Origin: Candidatus Kapaibacterium sp.
GTDB taxonomy: Bacteria; Bacteroidota; Ignavibacteria; Palsa-1295
Reading direction: 5' to 3'
Assembly: GCA_038240295.1 (NCBI GenBank)
Contig: JBBSDW010000082.1
Span: forward strand, 1-15,725
Length of the DNA stretch: 15,725 bases
The notes beneath the pieces were generated by a model. That model made no database searches. It saw nothing but the letters and a program-made list of their open reading frames with translations, and was not told where the DNA came from. Both the position numbers and the translations under genes were made by a program. Position 1 is the first letter of the stretch. The number at the start of each line of letters is the position of its first letter. Positions 14,707-15,725 of the stretch are shown piece after piece.

Positions 14707-15725
14707 TTACTCTCCGATGATTCGTGCGAGTTCTTTGTGCGAGATTGTCATTGCTACTTGCGGGTCGATGATTCCGAGTGCGAGCAGGCGGTCGATCGCG
14801 GCCTTTTTGGTTTCGTCTTCGATTGTTTGGACGGAGTCGGTTTTGAAGATGTGTTTGAGCCAGTGGACGCCTTTTGAGAGGTGAGTCCGTTCGTCGGCGT
14901 TTACATAGTCGAAGACGCGGCCTGTGAGGTCATCGCCTTTTTCGTAGGCTTCGCGTGCGTAGCGGAGGCATTCCTGGACTATGTTCGCTTCGCCGAAAAG
15001 GTTGATCTCGGCGAACGAATATTTCGCTTCCATTTTTGCACGGACTTTAATACCGAGCAGCCGATTCAAAAGATCGAACGGATCGTAGCCGAGCGACTCG
15101 AGCGATTTATGTCCGAGTTCCGTGTGACGGGTCTCGTCCCAGATGATTCGCGCAAGGTCAAAATCGAATCCGAAGGGAACATCGGTGATCTCGTAGAGTA
15201 CGTTACCGAATGTTTCAATCGCGTCCATCTCGTCGCGTTGTGTGCGAACGAGCGATAGACGGGTTTTATCAAATTCGGATTCGTATTCGATCTTACCTGC
15301 ATCGGCCACGTGATAATCGTAGGTCGTTTCGAATGTCTTGAATCGTGCATCGCGTGTGCCTACGAATGAACGCTGGAAGGGATGTGCGCCGTTTGAACGG
15401 AGAAATTCCGGCCGCGGTACCTTCGGCAAAAGTCCGGTGATGCCCCCAATAGAGCGCAACATTTTTTCGATGTGGTATTCCCACTTGCGGATCGAATGTT
15501 GCTCGTACCCGCCTTCGATATAGGCAAGCGATGCGCCTTTGCCCCATGCGATCATTTCGTCGTAATCAATGAGTATTTGCTTCATCGACCGGATCGTCGG
15601 CGCATCCGCAACCTGGTCGGTGTGCGAGATGTGTTCGGCGTAGGCACGACGAAGGTGGGGAAGGATCACGTTGTAAAGCGCTGCAAGAAAGTGCGCCGGT
15701 GATTCGGCCTGGAGCAGTTCGGCAA
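14707..15725 (-). CDS. Ferritin-like di-iron carboxylate-type protein (two ExxH motifs: DETRHTELG, ADERTHLSKG). N-terminus truncated by the window edge.
   Basis: Stop TAA at 14707-14709. The reading frame stays open past the listed GTG at 15669 to the window end (...AELLQAESPAHFLAALYNVILPHL...), so the true start is outside the window. Two EXXH motifs ~85 aa apart suggest a ferritin-like four-helix-bundle metal site. Confidence 0.7.
   Translation of the reverse strand, partial: AELLQAESPAHFLAALYNVILPHLRRAYAEHISHTDQVADAPTIRSMKQILIDYDEMIAWGKGASLAYIEGGYEQHSIRKWEYHIEKMLRSIGGITGLLPKVPRPEFLRSNGAHPFQRSFVGTRDARFKTFETTYDYHVADAGKIEYESEFDKTRLSLVRTQRDEMDAIETFGNVLYEITDVPFGFDFDLARIIWDETRHTELGHKSLESLGYDPFDLLNRLLGIKVRAKMEAKYSFAEINLFGEANIVQECLRYAREAYEKGDDLTGRVFDYVNADERTHLSKGVHWLKHIFKTDSVQTIEDETKKAAIDRLLALGIIDPQVAMTISHKELARIIGE

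Overview
This 15.7-kb window is a chromosomal segment from a Gram-negative bacterium of the FCB group (Bacteroidota/Chlorobi/Ignavibacteriota-like). The phylum call rests on two proteins that end in type IX secretion (T9SS) C-terminal sorting domains and on the apparent absence of Shine-Dalgarno sequences. GC is moderately high. I call about 11 protein-coding genes and no rRNA, tRNA, CRISPR or obvious mobile element. In order: (1) the 3' end of a gene entering from upstream, encoding a Gln-rich then Gly/Ser-rich low-complexity tail (1-527, +). (2) A FadL/OmpP1-family outer-membrane beta-barrel, possibly PorV-like (617-2140, +). (3) A noncoding tract carrying two tandem ~292-bp structured repeats (2166-2718). 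(4) A BNR/Asp-box beta-propeller protein with a T9SS C-terminal domain (2745-4688, -). (5) An SPFH/band-7 membrane protein (4716-5693, -). (6) A MOSC-domain (YiiM-like) protein (5771-6439, +). (7-9) An apparent three-gene operon on the + strand: a small outer-membrane beta-barrel candidate (6735-7643), a ~780-aa Cys-rich lipoprotein built from repeated Ig-like/ASH-like beta-sandwich domains (7643-9988, start overlapping the previous stop as ATGA), and a lipoprotein with PD40/TolB-like beta-propeller repeats, a carboxypeptidase-regulatory-like domain and a C-terminal OmpA-like peptidoglycan-binding domain, i.e. PorE-like architecture (10001-11899). (10) A second BNR/Asp-box, sialidase-like protein with a T9SS C-terminal domain (11917-13752, -). 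(11) A ~950-bp lower-GC noncoding gap (13753-14706) containing direct repeats and a ~125-bp near-perfect palindrome (14571-14695). (12) A 3'-truncated ferritin-like di-iron (two ExxH motifs) protein gene running off the window edge (14707-15725, -). The most unusual items are the duplicated, hairpin-rich ~260-nt noncoding unit between convergent genes, which is a candidate small-RNA or structured-repeat family, and the beta-barrel/multi-Ig lipoprotein/PorE-like operon flanked by T9SS cargo genes. No claim here was checked by database search. All calls come from reading the translations and the nucleotide sequence.
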